From: an uncultured Acidobacteriota bacterium
GTDB taxonomy: Bacteria; Acidobacteriota; Thermoanaerobaculia; Multivoradales; UBA5704
NCBI GenBank assembly: GCA_963700145.1
Contig: OY969474.1
Location: 512,001-576,000 of the forward strand
Direction: 5' to 3'
DNA length: 64,000 nucleotides
The position numbers and the translations under genes are program-made. Of this stretch, positions 10,201 to 20,900 are shown piece by piece; position 1 is the stretch's first letter, and every line of letters begins with the position of its first letter. Under the pieces are notes generated by a model. The model did no database searches and was not told where the DNA came from. It saw nothing but the letters and a program-made list of their open reading frames with translations.

Positions 10201-11697
10201 ACGGTCGTGCGGGTACGCCGCCGATGTCGCGTTCCTCTCCACCCGCAGGACGTGGAGCTCGGACGGCGAGAGGAGGGGCAGGTCGGCGAGCCGCCGCTCC
10301 GGCTCGTTGACGATGCCCTGGAGCAGGGTCAGGAAGCGCTCGGTGAACAGTGCCGCCGTGCTGTCGAAGTGCAGGTCGGGGTTGTACTCCAGATGCCCGA
10401 CGAACTCCGTCGGCGTCTGATACATCTCCAGGGTCAGATCGAACTTGGCCTGACCGCTGTTTACGGGCAGCGGCTCCACCTCGAGGCCCGGCAGGTCCAG
10501 CTCGGCCTCCTGCAGGGTGTGGAGCACGAAGGCGGCCTGGAAGATCGGATTGCGGCTGGCGTCACGCTCGAGATGGAGCTCCTTGACCAGCTTGTCGAAG
10601 CCGATCTCCTGATGGGCGAATGCCTCCACGAGGTTGCTCTGGATGCGCTCCAGGAGCTCACGGAACGGCGGATCGCCGGCGAGATCACAGCGCATCACCA
10701 GCGTGCTCGGGAAGCAGCCGATGATCTGCTGCAGCTCGGGCCGCCCGCGGTTCGCACTGGGGATGCCGATAAGTAGGTCGGTCTGCGAGGTGTGGCGGTG
10801 CAGCCATATCGCGTAGGCCGTGAGCAAGATGGCGAATGGCGTGACTCGCTGCTGCCGGCCGAGGGCGCGGAGCGCTTGGCTCACCCGCCGATCGCCGGCG
10901 AACCTGCGATAGGCGCCGCGAAAGGTCTGGACCTTCGGCCGCGGCCGATCGAGGGGTAGGGCGAGCACTGGCAGGGATGCCTCGAGCCGGCGCAGCCAAT
11001 AGTCCATTTGGTCCCGGAGCTCGCCGGCCTGCCAGCGGCGCGACTCCCAATCGGCGTAATCGGCGTACTGGATGGACAGCGGCTGGAGCGCCGGCGGCAC
11101 TCCTGTCCCATGGCTGCGGTAGACCGCCGACAGCTCCTGCAGCAGCAGTCCTTGAGACCAACCGTCGAGGATCGTGTGGTGGGCGCTGAGCAGCAGCGCG
11201 TGGCGGTCCGGCTCCTGCCGCAGCAACAGGGCCCGCAACAAGGGGCCGTGGACCAGGTCGAAGGGCCGGCGAGCCTCGGCGTCCAGCACGCGCCGGCACT
11301 CGCCGGTGCGCACGGACGCGGGCAGCGCCGCGAGATCGATCAGGGGGAGGGGGGTCGACCCGGCGTGAGGCGAGACCTTCTGTCGCGGTTCGCCGTCGAC
11401 GATCTCGAACGTGGTGCGGAGAGCCTCATGACGTCCGACGACCACGGACAAGCCGTGGGCCAGCGCCGATCGGTTCAGCACGCCCTGGAGATTCAGGGCC
11501 AGAGGCAGGTTATAGAAAGAGCTGCCCGGATCCAGGGTCGAGAGAATCCAGATCCGCTGCTGCGACGACGACAGGGGTGCGGGCTCGACGCTCTCGCGCC
11601 GCGTGATCGCCTGCGGCCGGACTGCGGACAGGCCTTCCTCTCGGCGCCACGTCTCCAGCAAGGCGCGTTTTCGCGGCGAGAGCTGGAAGCGGCTCAC
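4267..11697 (-). CDS. Terminal NRPS: C-A-T-E-C-[A-subdomain remnant]-T-TE
   Basis: GTG 11697 overlaps the upstream TGA. C HHTILDGWS; A YTSGSTGEPKG...PLTPTGK; T GGDSI; E LTPIQRWF/HHLVVDTVSW; DCL-type C HHLLLDGWG; T GGTSV; TE GFSFG and PGSH. A code read by eye about DSGLLGCVLK (unassigned). Confidence 0.93.
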   Translation of the reverse strand: MSRFQLSPRKRALLETWRREEGLSAVRPQAITRRESVEPAPLSSSQQRIWILSTLDPGSSFYNLPLALNLQGVLNRSALAHGLSVVVGRHEALRTTFEIVDGEPRQKVSPHAGSTPLPLIDLAALPASVRTGECRRVLDAEARRPFDLVHGPLLRALLLRQEPDRHALLLSAHHTILDGWSQGLLLQELSAVYRSHGTGVPPALQPLSIQYADYADWESRRWQAGELRDQMDYWLRRLEASLPVLALPLDRPRPKVQTFRGAYRRFAGDRRVSQALRALGRQQRVTPFAILLTAYAIWLHRHTSQTDLLIGIPSANRGRPELQQIIGCFPSTLVMRCDLAGDPPFRELLERIQSNLVEAFAHQEIGFDKLVKELHLERDASRNPIFQAAFVLHTLQEAELDLPGLEVEPLPVNSGQAKFDLTLEMYQTPTEFVGHLEYNPDLHFDSTAALFTERFLTLLQGIVNEPERRLADLPLLSPSELHVLRVERNATSAAYPHDRCVHELFEEQAAASPDALAVSEPGRCLTYGELERRANHLAWRLRRLGVGPDVPVGIATDPSLEMIVAALAVLKAGGAYLPLDPSYPEERLRVMLEDSGAAALLTQEHLVARVSRTRVPRLLLDGPESHQGTTERPPGPRSPRHLAYVIYTSGSTGEPKGIQVEHRSVVNYITFHRRRFAVGPGDRSGKTASFSFDSSVGEIWPSLTSGGSVHIAGDEERQQPERLRDWLVAEGIKVHLLVTPLAEAVLRLPWPEPTALRSLLVGGDWMRQAHRPGIPFEVYNCFGPTETTVLATAGLVPAGSAEPPSLGYPVDNVRLYLLGSHGELVPQGAAGEIFVGGDCLARGYGGRPDLTAERFVPDPFGGQPGARLYRTGDRARHRTDGSLEFLGRTDHQVKVRGFRIELGDVEAALSRHPGVAASAVTVFEPRPGDRRLTAYVVPAREANPTRAELRNALSGQLPSYMVPAAFVLLDALPLTPTGKVNRRLLPLPDPTRPDLAVPYAAPRTAVERHLIEIWSAVLGIEGIGIHDNFFELGGDSILAIRISARGHEIGLGLPPLSLFRCPTVSELAALTEPASTLRTEQEAVTDAVTLTPIQRWFFEQDFAEPWHFNQAALLVVRHRVSPRALERALAGLLERHDALRLRFARRGDTWEPTGGAPGEPVSFSHADLSALGVHQQAATVTAAAAGLQTGLDLTAGPLLRAAWFDLGPDRDGRLLIVIHHLVVDTVSWSILLEDLETALRIEGGSRNLRLAAKTTSWRDWSTRLEAYAATPAALQELGFWLAEGARPVVPVPVDRGGSGVPTSTRTLSVSLTAEETQALLQQVPRAYRNRVDDVLLTALLLVFEEWCGEGSGLRIDLEAHGREPLFADVDLSRTVGWFTALYPVTLCRDGATGPGELLKAVKERLRSVPLHGLGFGVLRYLCADESVARSLRELPPATVSFNYLGRIDSPLSRESLLAPAPEPVGPYRSPRNRRVHAFEILAMVFAGELRVDWTYSPELHDDARIQWICAGFTAALRTLIAHCLEVEPGGATPSDFPLARVDQGTLDRLLRSEPAIVDLLPLSPMQLDMLIHAVAVAHSDLGVLQFLWRLQGPLDGETLRASWQRAMERHGMLRTAFLWRDLREPLQAVCRAPRLPWETLDWSALPEARRPTALEALCLEDRRRGLALDRPPLMRLTLVRTGEREHHLLWTVHHLLLDGWGHARLVAEVFRLYEALAAGEEPQLPPARSYRDFIAWLQRQDEREAETFWRQALEGFGAPTPLPLDGVHRDPTATGFGEARLLLSPELSAALRDRARSDRLTLGTLVQGAWALCLARSSGEEEAIFGITVSGRPPDLPGVEAILGPFLNNVPLRVPVRLDAELIPWLRELLDRQVRQRSYEYLSQARIRAGSEVPAHLPLYESMVVFENYPVESDASGPRSLVTEQVYHFGSRTSSALTLLAEPAPALPLSLAYDCRRFDAATAQRILGRVRSLLEGMTGPPETRLGELPLLDAQERSQLCASEVSSPAAADEELEAALRQRPDVRDVAVVSRGTALVAYVVSSGQARPSAAVLRSWLRERVDGRRLPTDFVFLDALPRDAAGELAAGSLPDPDAVHGEARRGSLQRDLAGVDVLEIQLAALWETVFGLRPIAATDDFFELGGTSVLAIALMTRIREQFGHDLPLSVLLSATTPRELAARLRERKDLAAWSPLVAIKPGGSRRPFFCVHPAGGNVLSFADLARHFDPERPFYALQAVGLDGTREPLTSVEDMAACYLDEIRQLQPQGPYLLGGFSFGGFVAFEMARQLCERGQQVALLALLDVWSPIHRGRLILSEAVAADEAVLVELMAAAARLHGSSPDVDLDEIRAVEPTRRLDWALERLLAAGVLPPAGREHMRRIFKIHLSALSVLRQFVPRVYSGRITILRAPEEDPWLRELVDHPGLGSPELWSGWQALTSEPLVVLDVPGSHSTMMIEPRVRSLASRLTECLNMAEDRT

Positions 11698-14600
11698 AAC
11701 GCCGCTCCTTCCGCTTCCGTGTCGCTCGGCTCGAACAGCGCCGCCGCCTCCTCGTCCGAGAGGCCGGCCAGGCGCAGGAACAGCTCCGCCTCGCGCAGCA
11801 GGCGCCGGCCCTCGACCGGGTCCTGCGTCAGCGCCGCCGCCAGGCTCGCCACCGTCGGGTTCTTGAAGATGGCATCGGGAGTGATCTCGACCTGCAGCGC
11901 CTCCTGGATCTGCAAGGCGGCACGCAGTGCGAGCAGAGAGTCGCCGCCGCGCTCGACGAAGTGGTCCTCGACGCCCAGCCTCGGGACCTCCAGGACTTCG
12001 GCCCAGACATCGGCCAGGACCTCCTCCAGAGGCGTGCGCGGCACGTGGCGCAGTGAGACCTCCACCGTGGCCTCCTCCGGCGGCACCAGCGCCTTGCGGT
12101 CCACCTTGCCGTTGGGCGTCAGCGGGAAGGCCGGCAGCGGCACGAACCGGGAAGGGAGCATGTACTCGGGCAGGCTCTGCCGCAGCCATGCGCGGAACTC
12201 CGGCGCATCCGGCGTGCGCGACTCCGGCACGAACCAGGCCACGAGCTGGAGGTCGGCGACGGGGCCGGTCCGTCGGTGGGCGGTGACGACCGCCTGTTTG
12301 ACTTCCGCATGGCGGCAGAGGGCCGACTCGATCTCGCCGACCTCGATGCGGAAGCCGTGGCGCTTCACCTGCCGGTCGCTGCGTCCGAGGAAGATCAAGG
12401 CGCCGTCCCGCCGGCGGCGAGCGACGTCGCCCGTGTCGTAGAGCCGGCCGCCGGGCGAGTCGGCGAAGGGGTCGGGCACGAAGCGCTCGGCCGTGAGCCC
12501 GGTCAGCCCATGGTAGCCGCGCGCCAGCCCGCCGCCGCCGATGAAGAGAGAGCCGGCGGCGCCGAGGGGCAGGAGCTGCATGCTCGGGTCGAGGACGTAG
12601 AACCGAGTGTCGTCGATCGGCCGGCCGAGAGGGATCGTCGCCTCCGTCTCCGCCTCCGCCCTGATCCGCTCCATGGACGACCAGACGGTGGTCTCGGTGG
12701 GACCATAGACGTTCCACAGCGCGGCGCTACGCTCGCGCAACGCCGACGCCAACTCGCCGGGCAGCGCCTCGCCGCCGCACAGAGCGGTCAGACCAGGGGC
12801 GCCCTCCCACCCGGCCTCGATCAGCGCCCGCCACGTGGCCGGGGTCGCCTGCAGGAGCGTGGTGCCTTCCCGCTCCATCCGTGCCAGCAGCCGCAGGGCG
12901 TCCGGGACCTCGTCGGCTGCGGCGATCGCCAGCCGCGCGCCGCTGATCAGCGGCAGGAAGATCTCCAGGGCCGCAATGTCGAACGACACGGTGGTGACGG
13001 CCAAGAGGACGTCGCCGGCGGTGGGCTGCAGGCGTCGCTGCATGGCGGTGAGCAGGTTGGAGAGCGCCGAGTGCGGCACGGCGACGCCCTTGGGGCGCCC
13101 GGTGGAGCCGGAAGTGTAGATGACGTATGCGAGATTGGAGGGCAGGACGGCCGGTGTGGCGCCCGCCGCCGCCGGAGACGGTCCGGCCAACGGAAGGTCC
13201 TCCCACGCCAGCACCTGGGCGGCACCGGTCGGCAGCGCGGCGACCAGGCGGCGCTCCGTCAGGAGCACCGCGGGACCGGCGTCCTCCAGCATCAGCGCGA
13301 GACGTTGCCGCGGGAACTTGGGATCGAGGGGGACGTAGGCGCCACCGGCGGCGAGGACGCCGAGAAGGGCCAGGGGCAGTCGCTCGGAGCGGTCCAGGAA
13401 GACTCCGACGCGGATCTCGGGACCGACGCCGCGGGCGCGCAGACATTCCGCCAGTCGGCGAACCCGCCGGCTCACCTCGGCCCTCGTCAGGGTGACGTCC
13501 CCGAAGCTGACGGCGACGGCGTCCGGCGCCGCGGCGGCGCTGATCGCGAAGAGGTCGTGGACGCAGAGCCGGTCGGCCGCCGCGACCTCGGTGTCGTTCA
13601 GCTCGCGGAGGAGAAACCGCTCCTCGGAACGACCCAGCATGGGCACGGCGCCGAGGGCGCGGCCGGGGCTCGCCACGAGACCGTGGAGGACGTGGACCAG
13701 GTGGGAGAGGAGCCGCTCCATGTCCATACCGTCGAAGCGGCGCTGGTCGTACGACAGGCGAAGGAGCATCTCCTGGTCCGGCACGACGACCAGGGCCAGC
13801 GGGTAGTTCATCTGCTCGCGCGTGTGCAGGTGATGGAGCTCGAGACCGCAGTCCGCAGCGCCGGTCGCCGGTGCGGCGGGGTAGCTCTCGTAGATCACCA
13901 GGGTTTCGAAGAGCGGCGTGCCGGTCCGCACCCCGCTCCAGCCCTGGATCTGAGGCAGGGGAGTGGACTCGTGCTCGCGCATCTCCGCCTGCAGGCGCTG
14001 GAGCCCCTGCAGCCATGGCCGCACCGGCGACTGGGCCGGCACGCGGACGCGCGTTGGGAGGGTGTTGATGAACAGCCCGACGGTGTCTTCCATCCCGCCC
14101 GCGGAGCGCCCGGAGACGGTCGTGCCGAAGACCACGTCCTCGACACCGCAGTAGCGGCTGAGGAGGAGCGCCCAGCTGCCCTGGACGAGCGTGTTGAGCG
14201 TCACCTGGAGGCCGAGGGCGCCGGCCTGCAGCGCGGCCGTCTGTTCGGCGTCGAGGCGCAGCCCCCGCTCGCCCGGTTCCCCCGCCGGCGGACCGCTGCC
14301 GCTGCGCGGGCTGTCGAGCTCGATGGACAAGGGTTCCGCGAAGCCCTCGAGCAGCCTCGCCCAGAACGCCCGCGACCTCTCGCTGTCCTGGGCCTGCAGG
14401 GACAGGATGTGATCGCGGAACGGGCGCGGGCGTTCGAGCGGCGGCACGCCGCCGCGCCGGACCTCGGCGTAGGCGGCGAACAGATCAGGGAGGACAATGG
14501 CGATGGACCAGCCGTCCATCAGGATGTGATGAAAAGTCCACAGGAAGTAGTGGAGCCGCGGTGCGGCGCGCGCGACCGCCACGCGCAGGAGGGGTGCTTG

Positions 14601-14957
14601 GGCGAAGTCGAAGCGCTGCCGCCGGTCGCTCGCCAGCAGCTCCGCGAGTCGGCGTTCCCGATCGCTCTCCGCGATGTCGCTCCAGTCGTGCACGATCAGA
14701 GGCAGCTCGACCTCCCGATGCACCACCTGCAGCGGCTTGCCGGCGCCCTGCCAATGGAGCGACGTGCGCAGCACCTCGTGTCGCTGCAGCACGTGACGCC
14801 AAGCTGCGGTGAAGGCCGGCAGGTCCAGGTCGCCGGCGAGGGCGTAGGCGAACTGCTCGAGGTAGATCCCCGGACGGGGGTCCGAGAGGCAGTGGAACAG
14901 CATCCCTTCCTGGAGGGGGGAGAGCTCGTAGATGTCCTCGACGTCCGTCACCGTCAT
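11694..14957 (-). CDS. NRPS C(DCL)-A(Gly)-T
   Basis: EDIYELSPLQEGML and HHILMDGWS (C after an E domain); A code about DILQLGVVWK (Gly-type); T GGDSL. Confidence 0.93.
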   Translation of the reverse strand: MTVTDVEDIYELSPLQEGMLFHCLSDPRPGIYLEQFAYALAGDLDLPAFTAAWRHVLQRHEVLRTSLHWQGAGKPLQVVHREVELPLIVHDWSDIAESDRERRLAELLASDRRQRFDFAQAPLLRVAVARAAPRLHYFLWTFHHILMDGWSIAIVLPDLFAAYAEVRRGGVPPLERPRPFRDHILSLQAQDSERSRAFWARLLEGFAEPLSIELDSPRSGSGPPAGEPGERGLRLDAEQTAALQAGALGLQVTLNTLVQGSWALLLSRYCGVEDVVFGTTVSGRSAGGMEDTVGLFINTLPTRVRVPAQSPVRPWLQGLQRLQAEMREHESTPLPQIQGWSGVRTGTPLFETLVIYESYPAAPATGAADCGLELHHLHTREQMNYPLALVVVPDQEMLLRLSYDQRRFDGMDMERLLSHLVHVLHGLVASPGRALGAVPMLGRSEERFLLRELNDTEVAAADRLCVHDLFAISAAAAPDAVAVSFGDVTLTRAEVSRRVRRLAECLRARGVGPEIRVGVFLDRSERLPLALLGVLAAGGAYVPLDPKFPRQRLALMLEDAGPAVLLTERRLVAALPTGAAQVLAWEDLPLAGPSPAAAGATPAVLPSNLAYVIYTSGSTGRPKGVAVPHSALSNLLTAMQRRLQPTAGDVLLAVTTVSFDIAALEIFLPLISGARLAIAAADEVPDALRLLARMEREGTTLLQATPATWRALIEAGWEGAPGLTALCGGEALPGELASALRERSAALWNVYGPTETTVWSSMERIRAEAETEATIPLGRPIDDTRFYVLDPSMQLLPLGAAGSLFIGGGGLARGYHGLTGLTAERFVPDPFADSPGGRLYDTGDVARRRRDGALIFLGRSDRQVKRHGFRIEVGEIESALCRHAEVKQAVVTAHRRTGPVADLQLVAWFVPESRTPDAPEFRAWLRQSLPEYMLPSRFVPLPAFPLTPNGKVDRKALVPPEEATVEVSLRHVPRTPLEEVLADVWAEVLEVPRLGVEDHFVERGGDSLLALRAALQIQEALQVEITPDAIFKNPTVASLAAALTQDPVEGRRLLREAELFLRLAGLSDEEAAALFEPSDTEAEGAAL

Positions 14958-14963
14958 CGATCC

Positions 14964-17900
14964 CTAACCGATCCGTGCGATCAGCCGGTTGAGCTTGGCC
15001 TGGCTCAGCCGCGCGGCCGGGAAGCTCTCGGCCTCGTGAGCCTGCTCTGGGGCGCCGGCTTCGAGCAGCCGGTCGACGGCGTCCTCGAAGTCGCGAGCCA
15101 ATCCGAGGAGGGTTTCGGGCCGATGCAGGTTGGCACTGTGGCGGAATTCGAGCCGCAGCCGGTCGTCGGCGACGCTGCCGTCGATCTCGATCACATACGG
15201 CCGCATGTTCCGCGGCGAGCGTCGTGGGCCGGCAGGCTCACGGGCCCATACGAACGGGCGCGCGCCGCCCTCCGTTACGCCGGGGCGAGCGGAGAAGTTG
15301 AACACCACCTCGGCGCGGGGGAGCGCCCGCAACATGGATGCCCCTTCGCCTCGTCCGTCGGCGTAACGCAGCAGACCGTATCCGATGCCGCCGCGCCGTA
15401 CGCGCCGCAGCTCCCGGCGCACAGCGGCGAGGGTCTCGGCCGGAGAGCCGTCGCCGGCGGCGAGGAGCACGGGATAGATGCAGGTGAACCAGCCGGCGGT
15501 GCGCGACGTGTCGAGGTCGGGGAAGAGATCCTCCCGGCCGTGCCCTTCGAGGTCGACCAGCAAGGGGACGGCGCCGAGGCGGCGCGCGAAGGCCTGAGCA
15601 ACTGCCGCCAGGACCAGCGTGCTCACCTGGACGCGCAGCCTCCCGGCCTGCTGCCGGAGCCGACGAGTCCGCTCGGCGTCGAGCTCGCCGGCGATGCTGC
15701 GTGCCGAGGCCTCGGTGTTCGCCGCGCCGGAGAAGTCCACCGCGAGCCGCCCGGCGTGGGCGCGGGCGGGATCCAGCCAGAAGGAGAGCTCGGCCAGGAT
15801 CTCGGGAGAACGCGCGAGATCCGGCAGTCTCTCGGCCCAGCGCCGGAACGGTGCCGTGCGAGACGGCAGGACAGGCCGCCGCCCGCCAGTCCACTGGCGC
15901 GCCGCTTCCAGCAAGTCCGCCAGCAGGAAAGGCCAGGAGGCGTCGTCGGTCACCGCGTGGTGGAGGACGACGAAGAGACGACGGCCCGAGTCGGCGGTCT
16001 CGAACAGGACGATCCGGACGAGCGGACCGCGGGTCAGGTCCAAGCTCGCCTGCAGCGCGGCGGCGGCCGTTTCGAGCGCGCGCATTCTGGCCGGCGCGGG
16101 CAGCGCGGAGAGATCGATCGATGAGAAAGAGCACGCGATCTCCGGCGGCACTTGGAACGCGCGCCAGCCGTCTCGGGTAGCCGCGAACCGCAGGCACAGG
16201 CTGTCATGGTGTGCCGCCAGCGCGCCCGCGGCCAGGCGCAGGCTCCACGCCGGAAGGGGATCGTGCAGCTCCATCAACACGGACTGGTTCCAGTGATGGG
16301 GATCAGTCAGCTCCTGCTCGAACAGCCAGCGCTGGATCGGGGTCAGCGGCAGCTCACCGCCGCCTATCCCGGCGGCGTCGGGCTCCACTAGGGCCGCCAG
16401 CTCGGCGAGGACCGGCCGCTGGAAGATCTGCGTGGGCGTCACACGGACTCCGACCTGTCCGGCGCGCACCGCCACACGCACCGCCGCGATGGAGTCCCCG
16501 CCCCGCGTGATGAAGTGGTCGAAACGTTGCACGCTTTCAATTCCGAGGACTTCTTCCCACACCCCGGCGAGCGCCCGCTCGGTCCTCGTCAGTGGAGCGG
16601 CGAAGGATGTGGCGCTTGACGCCGGGATGGCGCTTGGGAACGGTAACGCTTGCCGGTCCAGCTTTCCGTTCGGAGTGAGTGGGAGCTCCCTCAGCTCGAC
16701 GAACGCCGCCGGCAGCATGTTGGCGGGCAGGGAGTCCTGCAGGAAGGCGCGCAGCTCGGCCGCGGTGGGAACGGCCGGCCCGCGAGGGACGATGTAGGCC
16801 ACCAACCGTCCGTCGGGCCCATCGCCGCGCACGGCGGCGGCGGCGGCGGCCACCGCGGGGTGGCGGCCCAGGACCCTCTCGATCTCCCCCAGCTCGATGC
16901 GCGAGCCGTGGATCTTCACCTGGTCGTCCATCCGCCCCAGGATCTCGAGGCGCCCTCCTGGCCGGAGACGGCCACGATCACCGGTGCGATAGAGACGCCG
17001 CCCGTCGGCGGCAAAGGGGTCCGGCACGAAGCGTTCCGCGGTGAGCTGCGGGTTGCCTACGTAGCCGCGGGCGAGACCGCCGCCGCCGATGTAGACCTCT
17101 CCCACTACCCCCGGGGGCACGACCTCCAGATCGGCGTCCAGCACGCGGACGCTGGTATCGGCGATCGGCCGGCCGGCGGTCACCGGTCCGCCGCCAGGCT
17201 CGATCCGCTCGACGGTGGACCAGATCGTGGTCTCGGTCGGCCCGTAGACGTTCCACACCGCCTCCGCCGAAGTGAGCAGCGCGTCGGCTAGGGGGCGCGG
17301 CAACCCTTCGCCGCCGCAGAGCACCCTGAATGAGCCCGCTCCCCGCCAGTCCGCCGCCAGCAGCATGCGCCAGGTGGACGGCGTGGCTTGCATCACCGTG
17401 GCGCCCGAATCAGCCAGAGCGTCCCTCAGCGCCAGCCCGTCCCGCGCCATACCCTCGGTGGCGATCTCCACCCGGCCACCCGCGAGGAGCGGTAGGAACA
17501 GCTCCAGAGCGGCGATGTCGAAGGCGAGCGTAGTCACCGCCAGGAGCGAGTCGTCGGCGGTGAGGCCGGGGCGCTCGAGCATCGAGGCGAGACAGTTGGT
17601 CAGGGCCGAGTGAGGGACCGGTACACCTTTGGGCTCTCCTGTCGAGCCGGAGGTGTAGAGGACGTACGCGAGGTTCGCGGCGCCAGCGGCGGGCAGCGGA
17701 CGCGCGTCCGGCTCGCGGTCGATGAGCGGCGCCTCCCGATCGAGCAGAAGCGCGCGGCCGCCGAGCGTGGCGGCCCAGGCCTCGCGCCCGCTCCAGGTCA
17801 CGATGATGACCGGCCTGGAGCTGCGCACGATGTGCTGGAGGCGCCGGTCCGGATGGCCGGGGTCCAGCGGCACGTAGGCGCCGCCGGCCTTGAGCACCGC

Positions 17901-20900
17901 CAGCAGGGCGACCAACAGGTCCGCCGAGCGCTCGAGACAGATACCGACGGTTGCCTCCGGTCCGACGCCGAGCCGGCGAAGGTAATGGGCCAGGCGGTTG
18001 GCGGCGCGGTCGAGTCCCGCATACGTCAGGTGACGACCTGCGGCAGTCGCCGCAACCGTGTCGGGGTGCAGGTCCACCCGGGCTTCGATCCTCTGCGGCA
18101 GGCAGACGTCCGGACGAGCGACCCGCTCGCTGCAGGCCGTCTCGGCCAAGATCTGCTCCCACTCGTCCGGGCGGAGTAGGGGCAGGCGCCGGATCGTCTC
18201 GTCGGGATGCGCGAGCGCGCTGTCGAGGAGGGTCTCGAGGTGCCTGAGCCAGCGCCCGACCGTGGTGAGGTCGAAGAGGGCTAGGTCGTGCTCGCAGGCG
18301 ATCTCGACGGCGTGGTCGCCCAGCGTCAGGTCGAGGTAGAGATCGTCCTTGGCGCCGCCGTTGTGCCGGGACGACACCCGCGCCTCGAGGTCGCCGAGCC
18401 GCATCCGCTCGTCCCGCACCCGGTCCATGTTGAAAAGCACCGAGACGAGAGGCGAGCGATTGGCAGCACGGGGGAGCTTGAGCTGGCGAACCAGGCGGTG
18501 GAACGGGTAGTCCTGGTGCTCATACGCATCCAGCAGCGCGCGCTGCACGCCGGCAAGGTATGCACGCCACGGCGGATCTCCTTGGACGCGGCTGCGGATG
18601 GGCAAGAGGTTTACGCAGTACCCGACCGGCGGCGTCTCGCCCAAGGTCGCCTGACCTGCCGCGGTGACGCCGACCACCACGTCGCTCTGTCCCGACAAAC
18701 GGTGGAGCAGGAGCTGCCAGGCCGCCAGCAGGAGAGTGAACACCGTGGTGCTTTGGCGCGCGGCGGCAGCACGCAGCCGGTCGTGAACGCGCGGGCCTAA
18801 GGTCGCCGTCTGGCGTGCGCCGAGGAAACTCCGCACCGCCGGCCGCGGCCGGTCGGACGGGAGCTCCAAGGGGGCCGGGGGATCGACAAAGGCCTGCAGC
18901 CAGTAGGCCTCGCTCTCCGCCAGGGTCTCCGCGCGCTGCCGTTCCGATTGCCAGCTCACGAACGCGCTGAAGGGGACGGCTGCAGGAAGCTCCGCCTTGC
19001 CGCCGGTACGCTCGGACGCGTAGAGCAGGCCCAACTCCCGCAGCAGCACGCCATTGGAGAGGCCGTCGGTGATCAGGTGATGGAGCGTCAAGCCGAGGAT
19101 GTGGCTGCGAGGCTCCAGACGAAGCAGCCGCGCACGTGCCAGCGGACCACGCTCGAAGTCGAACGACTCACGGGCGTCGCGACCCAGGATCTCGGCGGCG
19201 GCACGTCGGCGGCTCTCCTCGTCCAGGCTCGAGAGGTCCTGGAACGCCAGGTCGAGGCGCATCCGCGGCTGGACGATCTGCGCGTCTCCCAGGGGACTGA
19301 AGGTCGTTCGCAGGGCCTCGTGACGGTCGGCGAGCCGCTGCAGCGCGCGCTGCAGGCTCTCCTCCCGGAGGTCGCCCACCAACTCGATCTCCAGGGACTC
19401 GTGATAGGCGCGGGCGGCCTCGTCGCTGATCTGAACGACGGCCCACAGGGCTGTCTGCGCCTCGGTCATCGGAATGCGGTACGGCCCGGCGGGCGGCCGC
19501 CGCTGGGCGCGCGGCGGCAGGAAGCCACCCTCCCGCATGGCATCGACGGTCCGGCGGACCGCCGCCTTCACGCTCTCCAGGTCCGCATCGGTGTGGGCGG
19601 TCGAGACATAGCAGGCCCTCCCCTCCCACACGTACACGCCGTTGTCCAGGAGATGGAAGAAGAAAAGGTCCGGATACTGATAGCCGCGCTCGAAGACGAA
19701 GCGGAAGAGAGAGCCGATGTGCATCATGCGGATCGGCACCTCCTGCTCCTCGAAAAGAGCGTCGAGCTCCGCCACCAGGCGCTCGGTGCGCCGGGTGAGC
19801 CCCTCCTGCAGCTCAGGGCCGGCCTGCCGCAGATGCTCCAGCGAGGCGCAGACCGCCGCCATTGTCAGCGGGTGCTTGATATAGGTGCCGGCGATGTATG
19901 TCGTCTCCTCGCGGGGGTAGGAGGAGTCGCCGTACTGCCACTGGCCGCCGTCGACGCCGTCCATGAAGGCTCGCTTGCCGGCCACCGCGCCGATCGGGAT
20001 GCCGCCGCCAATCGCCTTGCCGTAGGTGACCAGGTCCGCCTGCACGCCGTAGAGGGCCTGGGCGCCGCCCGGGTGCATGCGGAAGCCGGTGATGACCTCG
20101 TCGAAGATCAGCGTCGCGCCGGACTCGGTGGTCACCCGGCGCAACGCGCGCAAGAAGTCGGCGGTCTCGAATCCGGGCCGGCGGCTCTGCTGCGGCTCGA
20201 CCAGCACGGCGGCGAGCTCGTGAGCGCGAGCCCGGACGGCCTCGACCGAAGCGGGACTGCAGTAGTCGAAAATGAGCACGTTGTCCGAAACGTGAGGGGA
20301 AACCCCCGGCGCCATGGGCGCGGCGCGGGTGCCGCCGTCCGGAGTGCGCTCCATGCGCACCATCACCTCGTCCGACCAGCCGTGGTACGAGCCGGCGAAG
20401 ACCGCGATGCGGGTGCGGCGCGTGCGAGCCCGGGCCAGGCGCAGCGCCACCATGACGGCCTCCGTCCCGGAATTGAAGAACGCGGCCCGATCCAGGCCGG
20501 TCATCTCGCAGATCAGACGCGCCGCGTGTCCGGCCAGCGGTGAGAGCAGGCCGATCTGGATGCCGCGTGACAGATGCTCTTGGATGGCTTCCAGGATGAA
20601 CGGAGGGGAGTGGCCGTACAGCAGCGAGCCGAAGCCCATGGTGATGTCGACGTACTCGTTGCCGTCCACGTCCCATACTCGCGCGCCGGCGGCGCGCTGG
20701 GTATGGATCGGATACTGGAGCTCTTTCCAGATCTGTCGGAAGCCGGCCACGCTCCGCTCATCGGCCAGAAAGGGGCGGCTCTCCATCGCCATGCGCTTGG
20801 ACCCAGGGGTCTTGCTCCCGAGCCGTGCAACCAGAGCCGTCAGATGCTGCTGCTGGTGAGGGGTGAGTCCCCCCTCGGGGCCGCGTTCGATCTTGCGGTA

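Noticed and set aside
11698-12717. N-terminal extensions in the ORF track (also 4271-5134, 29253-30065, 32693-33340, 41806-42777, 56591-57712, 60327-63356)
   Set aside because: They overlap neighbouring genes in another frame or strand; real starts lie at stop/start overlaps.
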